DNA from: Clostridia bacterium
GTDB lineage: Bacteria > Bacillota > Clostridia > Christensenellales > CAG-138
NCBI GenBank assembly: GCA_036651815.1
Contig: JAVVXB010000010.1
Span: forward strand, 16,961 to 80,960
Direction of reading: 5' to 3'
DNA: 64,000 bases
Shown piece after piece: positions 8,991 to 18,737 of this stretch. Below the pieces are notes generated by a model. The model was not told the origin of the DNA, made no database searches, and saw nothing but the letters and a program-made list of their open reading frames with translations. The position numbers and the translations under genes were made by a program. Each line of letters begins with the position of its first letter. Position 1 is the stretch's first letter.

Positions 8991-10118
8991 TTATTTTTTA
9001 TTAAAGATGCCCTTCTTTGCTACATGAGCTTGTGTTTCGCCCATTGCAGCGGCAAACTGCTCCAGCAGATTGCGTTGTTCATCATTCAGCCGTTTAGGAA
9101 CATCCACTTTCACCATCACAAGCAGATCGCCGCGGCCGTTGCCATTGAGCCGCTGAATTCCCTGCTCACGTAGACGGAATGTTGTTCCGGTCTGCGTGCC
9201 CAGCGGTACCGAATACTTGACGCTCTCGCCGCTGAGCGTAGGCACCGTTATCTCGCCGCCTAGTGCCGCCACGCTAAAAGAAACCGGCATCTCAATGTAG
9301 AGATCAAATCCCTTGCGTTTCAGCAATTTATGGGGTCGCACAGTGATGGTAATATATAGGTCCCCACGTGGGCCACCCCGCACACCCGCTTCTCCCTCTC
9401 CGCGCATGCTGATGGTCTGCGCATTGTCGATACCAGCCGGCACATTGACAACGATACGCGTGTTTTTACGGATGCGTCCGCTGCCTTTGCAATCCAAACA
9501 GGACTCCTTAATGACTTTGCCCGTTCCGCGGCAGGTGGAACAAGGGCGTGTTGACGTAAATGAACCCAGAATCGTATTCTGCTGCGAACGCACCTGTCCC
9601 GTACCGCCGCAGGTTGTACAGCGCTCTGGAGAAGTGCCTGGTTTTGCGCCGGTTCCGCCGCAAGTTGAGCAGCCTTCTTCACGCGGAACGAGGATTTCCT
9701 TGCGCACACCAAATGCTGCCTCTTCAAAGGTAAGCGTCATATTGTAGCGTAAATCGTTGCCGGCTGCCGGACCATTTCGTGTCTGTCCGCCGCCACCAAA
9801 TCCGCCGCCAAACATCTGATCGATGATATCCGAAAAACCGCCAAAGCCGCTAAAGCCACCCTCAAACGGATTCTGTCCGCCCATAGACGGGTCAAACGCA
9901 GCATGCCCGTATTGATCATATTTGGCACGTTTCTGAGCATCGCAGAGTATCTCAGCCGCCTCATTCAGTTCCTTAAACTGCGCTTCCGCAGCCTTGTCAC
10001 CAGGATGCAAATCCGGATGGCATTCCTTTGCTTTCTTGCGAAACGCGGTCTTGATTTCCGCATCGGTAGCCGACTTGGAAACCCCCAAGACCTCGTAGTA
10101 ATCACGTTTATCTGCCAA
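8991..10118 (-). CDS. dnaJ: Molecular chaperone DnaJ
   Basis: J-domain (DYYEVLGVSKSATDAEIKTAFRKKAKECHPD), a G/F region, and four CxxCxGxG zinc motifs. Confidence 0.95.
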   Translation of the reverse strand: MADKRDYYEVLGVSKSATDAEIKTAFRKKAKECHPDLHPGDKAAEAQFKELNEAAEILCDAQKRAKYDQYGHAAFDPSMGGQNPFEGGFSGFGGFSDIIDQMFGGGFGGGGQTRNGPAAGNDLRYNMTLTFEEAAFGVRKEILVPREEGCSTCGGTGAKPGTSPERCTTCGGTGQVRSQQNTILGSFTSTRPCSTCRGTGKVIKESCLDCKGSGRIRKNTRIVVNVPAGIDNAQTISMRGEGEAGVRGGPRGDLYITITVRPHKLLKRKGFDLYIEMPVSFSVAALGGEITVPTLSGESVKYSVPLGTQTGTTFRLREQGIQRLNGNGRGDLLVMVKVDVPKRLNDEQRNLLEQFAAAMGETQAHVAKKGIFNKK

Positions 10119-10225
10119 ATTTCCTCACCTCCATACGCTTCTTTCGCAGCGAAAAGTACGCAAAAGAAAACATACTATTCGGCCGGAAGCCGTAGCCTCC
10201 GGCCGAACGATTCAACTCGCTCAAT

Positions 10226-12085
10226 TTATTTTTTATCATCCACGACTTCGTAATCGGCATCGACTACATCGTCCTGTTGCGCCTCTTGCTGATGCGCCTG
10301 TTCGCCGTCGCTATAGGTCTGTTCTGATCCCGTTTGATCTTGCCCCGCCTGCGGACCCGCTTGCTGGTATACCTTGCCAAATGCTGCATAGCTCACGTCC
10401 GTCAGATGCTCCGTAGCCGTCTTAATCATGTCTACATCTTCGCCCTCAATCGTCTTCTTGAGGTCTGCTACAGCCTTCGCGATGTTCTCCTTGTCGGCAG
10501 CATCCACCTTGTCGCCAAGTTCTTTGAGGGTCTTCTCGGTCGTATAGATCAGCTGATCCGCGTGGTTACGCGTTTCAACGTTTTCTTTGTTTTTCTTGTC
10601 TTCGCCTGCAAACCGTTCGGCTTCCGCAACCGCTTTTTTGATCTCATCTTCATTGAGGTTGGAGCTGGCTGTGATGGTCACCTTCTGTTCGTTGCCAGTG
10701 CCCAGATCCTTAGCGGATACGTGTACAATGCCGTTTGCATCAATGTCAAAGGAAACCTCAATCTGGGGTACGCCGCGCGGGGAAGGCGCAATGCCGGAGA
10801 GTTGGAACCGTCCGAGTGTCTTGTTGTACTGCGCCATCTCACGCTCGCCCTGCAATACATGTACTTCTACGCTGGTCTGACCATCCGCAGCCGTAGAGAA
10901 GATCTGGCTTTTCTTCGTTGGAATGGTTGTGTTGCGGTCAATCAAGCGCGTAAACACTCCGCCGACAGTCTCAATTCCAAGAGAAAGCGGCGTAACGTCC
11001 AACAGTAGGATATCTTTCACCTCGCCGCCAAGCACACCACCCTGAATGGCCGCACCGATTGCAACGCACTCATCGGGGTTGATACCTTTAAATGGTTCCT
11101 TGCCAGTGATGGTCTTGACCATCTCCTGTACGGCTGGTATACGTGAAGAACCGCCAACAAGGATGACCTTATCTACCTGATGACTGCTTAACCCTGCGTC
11201 CTTCATGCATTTGGAAACGCATTCCTTGGTTTTGTCGATATAATCCGCAATCAACTCGTTGAATTTAGCGCGAGTAACCGTAACATCCAAATGTTTTGGA
11301 CCGGAGGCATCCATTGTGATAAACGGCAGGTTAATATTGGTCTGTGCAACGCCCGAAAGCTCAATCTTAGCCTTCTCTGCCGCTTCCTTTAAACGCTGCA
11401 TGGCCATCTTATCATTGCGCAGATCAATGCCATTGCTCTTTTTAAACTCATCCGCAATGTAGTTCATCAACCGATCATCGAAGTCATCGCCGCCAAGACG
11501 ATTGTTCCCCGCTGTAGCAAGTACTTCAAACACACCGTCGCCAATCTCCAGGATCGAAACGTCGAATGTACCGCCGCCAAGGTCATACACCAGAATTTTT
11601 TGGTTCGTTTCTTTATCCATGCCATAAGCAAGCGCAGCGGCCGTCGGCTCGTTGATGATACGCAGTACTTCAAGACCCGCGATGCGTCCCGCGTCCTTCG
11701 TTGCTTGGCGTTGGCTGTCGGTAAAATATGCCGGGACAGTAATGACTGCCTGTGTCACAGTTTCGCCAAGGTAAGCTTCCGCTTCCTGCTTAAGTTTTTG
11801 CAGAATCATTGCGGAGATTTCCTGTGGCGTGTAATCCTTTCCTTCAATATGCACCTTGCGTGAAGTACCCATGTCGCGTTTGATGGACGCCACTGTGCGC
11901 TCTGGGTTTGTGATTGCCTGACGTTTTGCAATGGTTCCCACCATACGTTCGCCATCCTTGAATGCAACAACAGACGGCGTAGTCCGCGCGCCCTCGGAAT
12001 TCGGAATGACGACCGCTTCGCCGCCTTCCAAAATGGCAACGCAAGAATTGGTTGTACCTAAATCGATACCAATGATTTTACCCAT
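10226..12085 (-). CDS. dnaK: Molecular chaperone DnaK (Hsp70)
   Basis: [17 protein letters not shown]..., [26 protein letters not shown]. Full-length at 619 aa. Confidence 0.97.
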   Translation of the reverse strand: MGKIIGIDLGTTNSCVAILEGGEAVVIPNSEGARTTPSVVAFKDGERMVGTIAKRQAITNPERTVASIKRDMGTSRKVHIEGKDYTPQEISAMILQKLKQEAEAYLGETVTQAVITVPAYFTDSQRQATKDAGRIAGLEVLRIINEPTAAALAYGMDKETNQKILVYDLGGGTFDVSILEIGDGVFEVLATAGNNRLGGDDFDDRLMNYIADEFKKSNGIDLRNDKMAMQRLKEAAEKAKIELSGVAQTNINLPFITMDASGPKHLDVTVTRAKFNELIADYIDKTKECVSKCMKDAGLSSHQVDKVILVGGSSRIPAVQEMVKTITGKEPFKGINPDECVAIGAAIQGGVLGGEVKDILLLDVTPLSLGIETVGGVFTRLIDRNTTIPTKKSQIFSTAADGQTSVEVHVLQGEREMAQYNKTLGRFQLSGIAPSPRGVPQIEVSFDIDANGIVHVSAKDLGTGNEQKVTITASSNLNEDEIKKAVAEAERFAGEDKKNKENVETRNHADQLIYTTEKTLKELGDKVDAADKENIAKAVADLKKTIEGEDVDMIKTATEHLTDVSYAAFGKVYQQAGPQAGQDQTGSEQTYSDGEQAHQQEAQQDDVVDADYEVVDDKK

Positions 12086-12223
12086 AATAACAATCCTCCT
12101 GAACTATCTCTTTAAACTTTATTATTTGCAGTTATCGTAACTGCCAGTATCCTTCATTATTTGATATAAGCGAATTATCTCGTTTTTATATCCGCATACC
12201 CATTCGCAATCTGGATGGCCGTC

Positions 12224-12844
12224 TTATTCGGCAACCTTGACCATGCTGTGGCGAATAATCCGATCGTCCACACGATATCCCTTTTGCAGGACAGCAAGAA
12301 TCTCTCCGTTCTCTTTTCCATCAACTTTTTCCTGCATGACTGCCTCATGAAGATTGGGATCGAACGTGCCGTCCGTATCAATTTCGTTTAACCCCTGTTT
12401 CTCCAACAGCTCATATAGTTGTCTGTAAACAAGTTTGATGCCCTCACGCCAATTATCGTCCGCAGCGTCATCATTTGCCATGGCACGATCAAAATTATCC
12501 AACACCGGCAGGAGTGCCTTAATGCTGTCGCGCTTGCCTTCATCATAGCTGTCGGTACGAATGTTGGCATTCCGCCTGCGAAAGTTATCAAAGTCCGCTT
12601 GATTGCGCTGTAAAAGTGCAATCGTCTCATCCTTATCCTTTTGCAGCGACTCGATGTGTTTCTTTGCCGTTTCAAATTCCTCTGCTGTTAGCGTGTAGCT
12701 GGACTGTTCTTCGCCGTTGTGCGCATTGTCAGCTGTGTGCTGCATATCGCCCTCCGGCTCGAACTCCGGCTCCACAATCGATCCAGTTGCGACCGCTTCG
12801 GTTTGTTCCTTCTTCTTGCTCAATTTAATGCTTTTCCTCCTCAA
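12224..12844 (-). CDS. grpE: Nucleotide exchange factor GrpE
   Basis: 206 aa. ...RNQADFDNFRRR...VLPVLDNFDRA...GYRVDDRIIRHSMVKV are classic GrpE motifs. Confidence 0.9.
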   Translation of the reverse strand: MRRKSIKLSKKKEQTEAVATGSIVEPEFEPEGDMQHTADNAHNGEEQSSYTLTAEEFETAKKHIESLQKDKDETIALLQRNQADFDNFRRRNANIRTDSYDEGKRDSIKALLPVLDNFDRAMANDDAADDNWREGIKLVYRQLYELLEKQGLNEIDTDGTFDPNLHEAVMQEKVDGKENGEILAVLQKGYRVDDRIIRHSMVKVAE

Positions 12845-13865
12845 TATAGTTGGTGAGCATCTCGCTTAAACTCATTTGCATATATTCAAGCACCGACAGT
12901 ACTTTCCCATATTGCATACGCGTCGGTCCTATGATGCCAAACGTCCCCATTGGCTCGTCTCCCATCCGGTAAGTTGCGGTAACCACGCTGCAATCCTTTA
13001 ACTCCTCGCTTTCGTTCTCTCCGCCAATCGTAATGGAAAACTCGAGCTTGCTCGCCTTTCGCAACATGTTATAGAGCGTGTCCTTGCCCTCCACCGCCGT
13101 GAGAAACAGCTTTGCCTTGTTCACATCCGCATATTCCGGATAATGTAGCATGTTGGTCGCACCAGAAAGTTCTACCGTCCTCGATTCGGGCGTAACCTTG
13201 CGTTCGATGGCCTCTACCATATTATTCAAAAACGCCCGGCGCTCGAACAATTCATCCCCCATTTCGGTCATGATCCGTTCGGCAATTGTATCCATGCGAC
13301 AGTCTTGGAAGCGCATTGTTAATATTCTGCTTAGCCGTTCCAATTCCTCCGCTTGCATGTCATCCGGTATGCGAATCACCGCATCCCGTGCAAATCCGGT
13401 ATCAGTGATTACAACCACCAATGCGCGTCCTTCCCGAAGAGGAACCAGTTGAATATGCTTGAGACGATTTCGTACAAATATAGGAGGTAGCGCCATTGCG
13501 GTATAATTGGTCACCGCGGAGAGCGCCTGTGCCGTCTGTTTCATGACGGATTCCACCTCGTCAAGCCGACTCGTCATGTGCGTACGGATGATACGCACTT
13601 CATCTGGCGTAAGATCCGCGCGGTGCATCATGTGATCCACATACATCCGATATGCCTTATCACTTGGAATGCGTCCGGCGGACGTATGTGGTTGTTCCAA
13701 GTAACCAAGCTCCTCAAGATCCGCCATTTCGTTGCGAATCGTAGCACTCGAAAGATGAAATCCCTCCCGTTTAGATATGGAGCGTGAACCAACCGGAGAA
13801 GCAGACATCACATATTCGTCTATGATCGCTGTTAAAATCTGAATCTTTCTGTTGTCCAGTTCCAT
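12825..13865 (-). CDS. hrcA: Heat-inducible transcription repressor HrcA
   Basis: ORF trimmed to MELDNRKIQILTAIIDEYVMSASPVGSRSI after a GAAGGGAG RBS. The longer ORF would read through the CIRCE operator. Confidence 0.9.
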   Translation of the reverse strand: MELDNRKIQILTAIIDEYVMSASPVGSRSISKREGFHLSSATIRNEMADLEELGYLEQPHTSAGRIPSDKAYRMYVDHMMHRADLTPDEVRIIRTHMTSRLDEVESVMKQTAQALSAVTNYTAMALPPIFVRNRLKHIQLVPLREGRALVVVITDTGFARDAVIRIPDDMQAEELERLSRILTMRFQDCRMDTIAERIMTEMGDELFERRAFLNNMVEAIERKVTPESRTVELSGATNMLHYPEYADVNKAKLFLTAVEGKDTLYNMLRKASKLEFSITIGGENESEELKDCSVVTATYRMGDEPMGTFGIIGPTRMQYGKVLSVLEYMQMSLSEMLTNYIEEEKH

Positions 13866-13890
13866 GTCCAACACTCCCTTCATCCTTTTA

Positions 13891-13917
13891 TTAGCACTCC
13901 TGCGCATTGAGTGCTAA
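13891..13917. promoter_or_regulatory. CIRCE operator (HrcA binding site)
   Basis: A perfect TTAGCACTC-N9-GAGTGCTAA inverted repeat, 26 nt upstream of the hrcA start. Confidence 0.9.
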
Positions 13918-13928
13918 CCATCGTGTAA

Positions 13929-13957
13929 AATTTAGCACTTACCAGCAATGAAGTCAA
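13929..13957 (-). promoter_or_regulatory. Sigma-A type promoter of the hrcA-grpE-dnaK-dnaJ operon
   Basis: Minus strand TTGACT-17 nt-TAAATT, just upstream of CIRCE. Confidence 0.5.
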
Positions 13958-14262
13958 GTAAGTGCTGTATCGAAATTGTGACAATCTGGTGAATATGATA
14001 TTTTGCATAGTGCCTACTGAACCATCGCGTGTTTAAACAGCGGCATTTATCGTTGCGAGCCATTCCTAAAAAAACAGGCAGTAAAGAGCTCTGAAAAACA
14101 GAATGAATTCTTCTTTTCAATGCTTGACATTTAATAGTGAGTCTCCTTTATGATTAAAGCCAACGATGCTTTTACTGTAACATAGGCTTTTATTTATTGT
14201 CCGTTTTTACTGTAACATGTCAAATCGACGTTTTTCTATATATGCATAACATGAATTTGTAT

Positions 14263-14778
14263 TTATTCGATCCCATCCGTATTTTGTGTTTCTCGAAGCA
14301 AGTCGTTGGCATTGTTTTTTAATCCGTTAACAAAATAGTCCTGATAAATCATCATGGCCGCCATGATGCCGGATTTTAAATGGTTCATCAGCTTCTTGTT
14401 GCCCACGATGAAGCAGTTGTGCTCCCGGCTAATCAATCGAATGCCACTGACGCCGATTCCGTTCATTTTTCCGCCGGTATCCATTTTCGGATTTTCGGAG
14501 AATGGCATATCAATGTAGAAATCATCTCCCAAAATATTGTTATAGAAAACCATGCGCTTGGTTGTGATGCAGAGAATTGCGCGGATCCTATAGCTATTCC
14601 CCATTCGAAGAAGATAACTGTTCTTTTCTTCTGATGTCACCTTCGTATCGTTTACCGTAACAATAGCTGCGCAAACCAGATCTTCCTCTGGGGAAATCCT
14701 CGTTTGGGCATAGCGAATCAATCCATTGTCAAATATGCCACCGCTCCTACTTTGCTTGACTGCTTCCTTGACCGTCAT
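14263..14778 (-). CDS. Hypothetical protein, possibly a bacterial PH-like domain
   Basis: 171-aa ORF with reasonable coding character. The pattern ...KRMVFYNNILGDDFYIDMPF... resembles bPH/YokE-like proteins. No firm motif. Confidence 0.45.
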   Translation of the reverse strand: MTVKEAVKQSRSGGIFDNGLIRYAQTRISPEEDLVCAAIVTVNDTKVTSEEKNSYLLRMGNSYRIRAILCITTKRMVFYNNILGDDFYIDMPFSENPKMDTGGKMNGIGVSGIRLISREHNCFIVGNKKLMNHLKSGIMAAMMIYQDYFVNGLKNNANDLLRETQNTDGIE

Positions 14779-14804
14779 CTTCTGAGCCTTCCTTCCTAAT
14801 CGTA

Positions 14805-15915
14805 TCAGGCGTGCAACACGCTTGTATAAATTTGTTCCAATGCTCTGCTATCCAAGGGCGTACAGGCATTCTTCATAAGCCTTTTCTGGCGTGTATGTAC
14901 CGGTTCAATAAAGGAGAGGATATCATCTTGAGTTACACCGAAATCCTGCATATAGCAGCGTGGACAGCGTCCGTTTAACAACGCCACTCGTTTATCATAT
15001 ACTTCCTCAGTCCGACACGCAAGATCTCTAGAGATTGCCCGTTCCCATTCGGCAATTCTCCCGTTTGGCTCCATGGCATTATAACGCTTCAGTAAACAGC
15101 GTATAGTTCGAAAACTCGTGCGGAACATGATGCATTGCACCCAGAGGATAACTCATCGCATGTATCGGACCGCAGCCGCATTCTCAAAGGCAAGGCGCCA
15201 GATTACTCGCTCTCAGAAAATTTTTCGACTGCCTATATCTTGCTTTCTCTCCATTTCCTTTCATCCTTCTTATGCCCAGAAGAATTCTCTCCATAGTTTG
15301 GCTGGACAATATCTGCCTATAATCGGTTGCGCTCGGGGAAAGGTTGGATTCCACGCCGTGGATCAATGCGTTAATAAGACTAGCCGCAAACGGCTTATAC
15401 GGAAGTGCATCGATGAATGTGGGAATCCGGACAGCCGCATCCGCATACAGGTTGTTGAATATAAGCCCCTGCTTCACATTCTTTTGTGTCAGGGTAACAA
15501 TGGAAATATTCGTCATTTCACTACCTGTTCCGCAGGTCGTGAGCACCAAAATCAGTTCCCTCGTTTTTTCAAATACTGCGTCGGGTTCGCATAAATCCTC
15601 TATGGGCACATCGTAAGGAAGCACAAGAAGCTTGGCAATATCCAGCACCGTTCCGCCGCCAATGGCGATCACCCTGCAAAAATCCTGTCCCGCACTTGCG
15701 CTGCGAATTCCCGCCACCATCCTGTCGCTGGGTTCGCCTCGTCCATATTTCTCCTGAAAGAGCACGCTGCACTCGTCCATCAGCAACCGATCCTTCTCAG
15801 AGAGAATGCAGCGGTTGGTGAGCACCAGCTCTCCCTTTCCGATGGCGAATTCTTTTACGAAAGACTGCAATTCATCAAATTCATAGATTTTCGGGTGCAC
15901 CGAAAAGAGTTCCAC
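14805..15915 (-). pseudogene. Iron-containing alcohol dehydrogenase family gene, disrupted by an in-frame TGA and a frameshift
   Basis: N-terminal part 15184..15915 carries AIGGGTVLDIAKLL and TTCGTGSEMT. After the TGA at 15184..15186 the same frame continues ECGCGPIHAMSYPLGAMHHVPHEFSNYTLF (the metal-His region). The C-terminal part continues in another frame as ORF 14805..15140 (...LKRYNAMEPNGRIAEWERA...MQDFGVTQDDILSF). Confidence 0.7.
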
Positions 15916-15935
15916 GTACTTCTCCCGTTCTTGGC

Positions 15936-16727
15936 TTATAAAGCAGCGATCAGTTCCCGAACCCTATCTGTATCCACCGGGCTGAGCACCTTTCCATTTT
16001 CCTTAATGGAGCTTCCAATGATCGCGCCATCTGCATAAGCCATGCTCTCGCGAAGGTTTGAAGCATTGATGCCGCTGCCAATGAGTACCGGCATGTCTCC
16101 TGCCAGTGCCCGCATTTCCTTCAGATCCTCCATGGATGGCGCGGAACCCGTTTTCATGCCGGTAACAATCAGCGCATCTGCACCCGCGTCTATGGCCTCA
16201 TGAATAGTAAAGGACATGGGTTGTTCCACCAACGGAAAGGTATGCTTAACATTGATATCCGCAAAAATCAGGGTGTCAGCCGGGAACCGACCCTTCCGTC
16301 GCATCAATGCAGGCGCAGAAGCCCAGGTAATCCCATGGGTACCGAGCCGGTTTTCTACAAACGCTTCAACACGGATAAACGGGCAGCCCGTAAGATAAGC
16401 CAAATCCCACTCTGCATCCGTACAATTATACTGCACATTGATGCCCAGAGGAATTTTGCTTTCCTTTTGCAACCTGTCAATAAGAATTGCCATAGCAGAT
16501 ACCGTCATATCGTCCGTATTTGTCTGATATGGAATATCACCAAAATTTTCCACAATGGCCGCGGTCATTCCACCCGCCTCCAAGCGTGCCAAGTCCTCCC
16601 GGGCACTTTCATAAATCTCCGCAAAGCTGCCGCCATAAGCCGGTGAACCAGGCAGCGGCTTTAGATGCACCATTCCGATGACAACCTTACTATTTCCAAA
16701 TACTTTTTTAAATGTTTCCCTACTCAT
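15936..16727 (-). CDS. BtpA/SgcQ family TIM-barrel protein
   Basis: 263 aa. VIGMVHLKPLPGSPAY...AAIVENFGDIPY...GADALIVTGMKTGSAP...PVLIGSGIN is the BtpA/SgcQ pattern. Confidence 0.75.
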   Translation of the reverse strand: MSRETFKKVFGNSKVVIGMVHLKPLPGSPAYGGSFAEIYESAREDLARLEAGGMTAAIVENFGDIPYQTNTDDMTVSAMAILIDRLQKESKIPLGINVQYNCTDAEWDLAYLTGCPFIRVEAFVENRLGTHGITWASAPALMRRKGRFPADTLIFADINVKHTFPLVEQPMSFTIHEAIDAGADALIVTGMKTGSAPSMEDLKEMRALAGDMPVLIGSGINASNLRESMAYADGAIIGSSIKENGKVLSPVDTDRVRELIAAL

Positions 16728-17905
16728 ATATCATGTTCTTCCTTCATTTTTTGAATTTCGCCTTTTCTGTATCCCAACGCACCATAAATCTCCTCATTGT
16801 GCTGACCCAGTGTGGGTGCGCCCCGAAAGAGCTGCTCGGGCATTCCGGAAAAGTGCACCGGAAACCCCTGCATGGGAATATTGCCAAGGCCTTCGTACGG
16901 CACATCGATAATCTGCCGGTTATGCATCATCTGCGGCAACTGTATAAACTCGTGTACACTCAGCACCTTCGCCGCAGGAATGCCCGCCTGCTCCAACTGC
17001 GAAATAACATCTTCCGTCGTACGTTGTTTAACCCATTCTGCTACATAAGCATTGACTTCTTTAGCATGATCATGGCGCACCGGTACCGTAAGAAACCGTT
17101 CGTCCGAAAGCAGTTCCGGACGGCCAATCAGATGCGCCAGCTTTTCCCAATGTGCCTGTGGTGCAGCCACAATATAGACATACTCGCTGTTTTTGTCCTT
17201 GAAACATCCAACGGGCGCCGTGCATTTATCCAGGTTCCCAATTCGGTTCCTGCGCTTTTGTAATAGGATATCCTCCGGGATAGCATCGACCAAAAGACTT
17301 GCCGCCGTATCCAGCAGGGATGCTTCGACTCGCTGCCCTTCTCCCGTTTTTTCTCGCTGAAGTAATGCAGCAAGAACCGCATAAGCACAATAGACGGAGG
17401 TACAGTAATCAATCACAAAGGTGCCCATGAGATACGGCTCACCGCCCGGATCGCCCGTCAAGCTCATCAACCCGCTCGTGGCCTGCAAAATACTGTCAAA
17501 GCCTGCTTTATTTGCCATGGGTCCCGTCTGTCCAAACCCGGAAATGGAAACAAGAATCAGCCGCGGATTCAGCCGGTGCAGTTCCTCACAACCCAGGCCC
17601 ATCTTGTCCATAATCCCCGGACGATAGTTTTCCACCAGCACATCTGCTTCGAGAATCAACTTTCGCAACAGTTCCTTGCCTTTTTCCGTTCGGGTATTCA
17701 GCGTAACTCCGCGCTTGTTCCGGTTGAATACCATATAATAAAAGCTTTCGCCATCGATGGCCGGCTCATACTCCCGCACCGGCTCTCCCTCAGGCGACTC
17801 CACCTTAATCACGTCCGCGCCAAGGTTGCCAAGCAACGTGCAGGTATTGGGTCCGGCAATATACCGAGAAAGGTCAATCACCTTTACCCCTTTTAAAATC
17901 TTCAT
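16724..17905 (-). CDS. Family III CoA-transferase (CaiB/BaiF/Frc type)
   Basis: MKILKGVKVIDLSRYIAGPNTCTLLGNLGADVIKVESPEGEP...RNKRGVTLN is the canonical family III N-terminus. Confidence 0.85.
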   Translation of the reverse strand: MKILKGVKVIDLSRYIAGPNTCTLLGNLGADVIKVESPEGEPVREYEPAIDGESFYYMVFNRNKRGVTLNTRTEKGKELLRKLILEADVLVENYRPGIMDKMGLGCEELHRLNPRLILVSISGFGQTGPMANKAGFDSILQATSGLMSLTGDPGGEPYLMGTFVIDYCTSVYCAYAVLAALLQREKTGEGQRVEASLLDTAASLLVDAIPEDILLQKRRNRIGNLDKCTAPVGCFKDKNSEYVYIVAAPQAHWEKLAHLIGRPELLSDERFLTVPVRHDHAKEVNAYVAEWVKQRTTEDVISQLEQAGIPAAKVLSVHEFIQLPQMMHNRQIIDVPYEGLGNIPMQGFPVHFSGMPEQLFRGAPTLGQHNEEIYGALGYRKGEIQKMKEEHDI

Positions 17906-18737
17906 CGTTTCTCCCATATTCCCGATCCTCCTGCTTCAACAAAATTCCATTGGGATCCACAAGGTTCCGAAGCAGCGTCAGTTCCTCCTGTGTGGGCATA
18001 GGCGTTTCCGGCACTGCGGAAAGATCGCCAAGATCAAATCCCGTATTTTGCACAAGATCCTCCCTTGTTACACCGGGATGGATGGATTCCACCCGCATTT
18101 TCCCTGCCTCATCAAACGTAAAAATGCACTTTGGCGTGTATACGGCACAAGGCCCTTCGCCGCGCAGCCCCAGCTTTGCCCGCCCGCTTCGTCCCGCGGG
18201 ATAGCCTACCCCGCACACGCAATCCACTTGTTCTACAAAAACTCGCCGCTCATGATGTGGCACCATGATAAACTCCCGATTGAATTCGGCCATATGCTCT
18301 GGCACAAAGATTGGGCCGACAAGTGCGACCTTGGGATGCTCCGCAGAACCGATTCTGACACTGTTGACATTACCCGTTCGATCCACCTGCGCTCCCGAGC
18401 AAAAAGCAAAGCTGATTTCTCCTCTATGATGTGACCACGGTCCCGGCCAGGAGGTCATGTGCGCTTCGCAGGGAAGGTTTAAAAGCGAATTATCATATTC
18501 CGATTCGGGCATGTGCGTTAGCTTGGAAATATCTGGATTGACGCACCAGCCACTAAACAGAATTGTCAGATTCGGTGCATGCGTATACTGTGCAAGCCGC
18601 ATTGCCGCAAGCGGGATATTGGTGATGTAAGTTGCCGCTTCCTTTCCCGTTGCCAGGCCGGTAAAACCTACCTCGCCATCCCGAAAGCTGTGGGATAGAC
18701 GAACCGCCAGAATTTCTGTTAACGTACACTTAAGCAT
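17874..18737 (-). CDS. Family I CoA-transferase, beta subunit (glutaconate/3-oxoacid CoA-transferase B-like)
   Basis: 287 aa, directly abutting the subunit A gene. ...FTGLATG...VDRTGNVNS...GVTREDLVQNTGF is typical of B subunits. Confidence 0.7.
   Translation of the reverse strand: MLKCTLTEILAVRLSHSFRDGEVGFTGLATGKEAATYITNIPLAAMRLAQYTHAPNLTILFSGWCVNPDISKLTHMPESEYDNSLLNLPCEAHMTSWPGPWSHHRGEISFAFCSGAQVDRTGNVNSVRIGSAEHPKVALVGPIFVPEHMAEFNREFIMVPHHERRVFVEQVDCVCGVGYPAGRSGRAKLGLRGEGPCAVYTPKCIFTFDEAGKMRVESIHPGVTREDLVQNTGFDLGDLSAVPETPMPTQEELTLLRNLVDPNGILLKQEDREYGRNDEDFKRGKGD

Noticed and set aside
15184-15186. The in-frame TGA in the Fe-ADH gene could be a selenocysteine or read-through codon.
   Set aside because: The position aligns with an ordinary Gly/Phe region of Fe-ADHs, not a redox Cys. 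No SECIS-like hairpin follows. A separate frameshift further downstream also breaks the gene, so pseudogenisation is the simpler reading.
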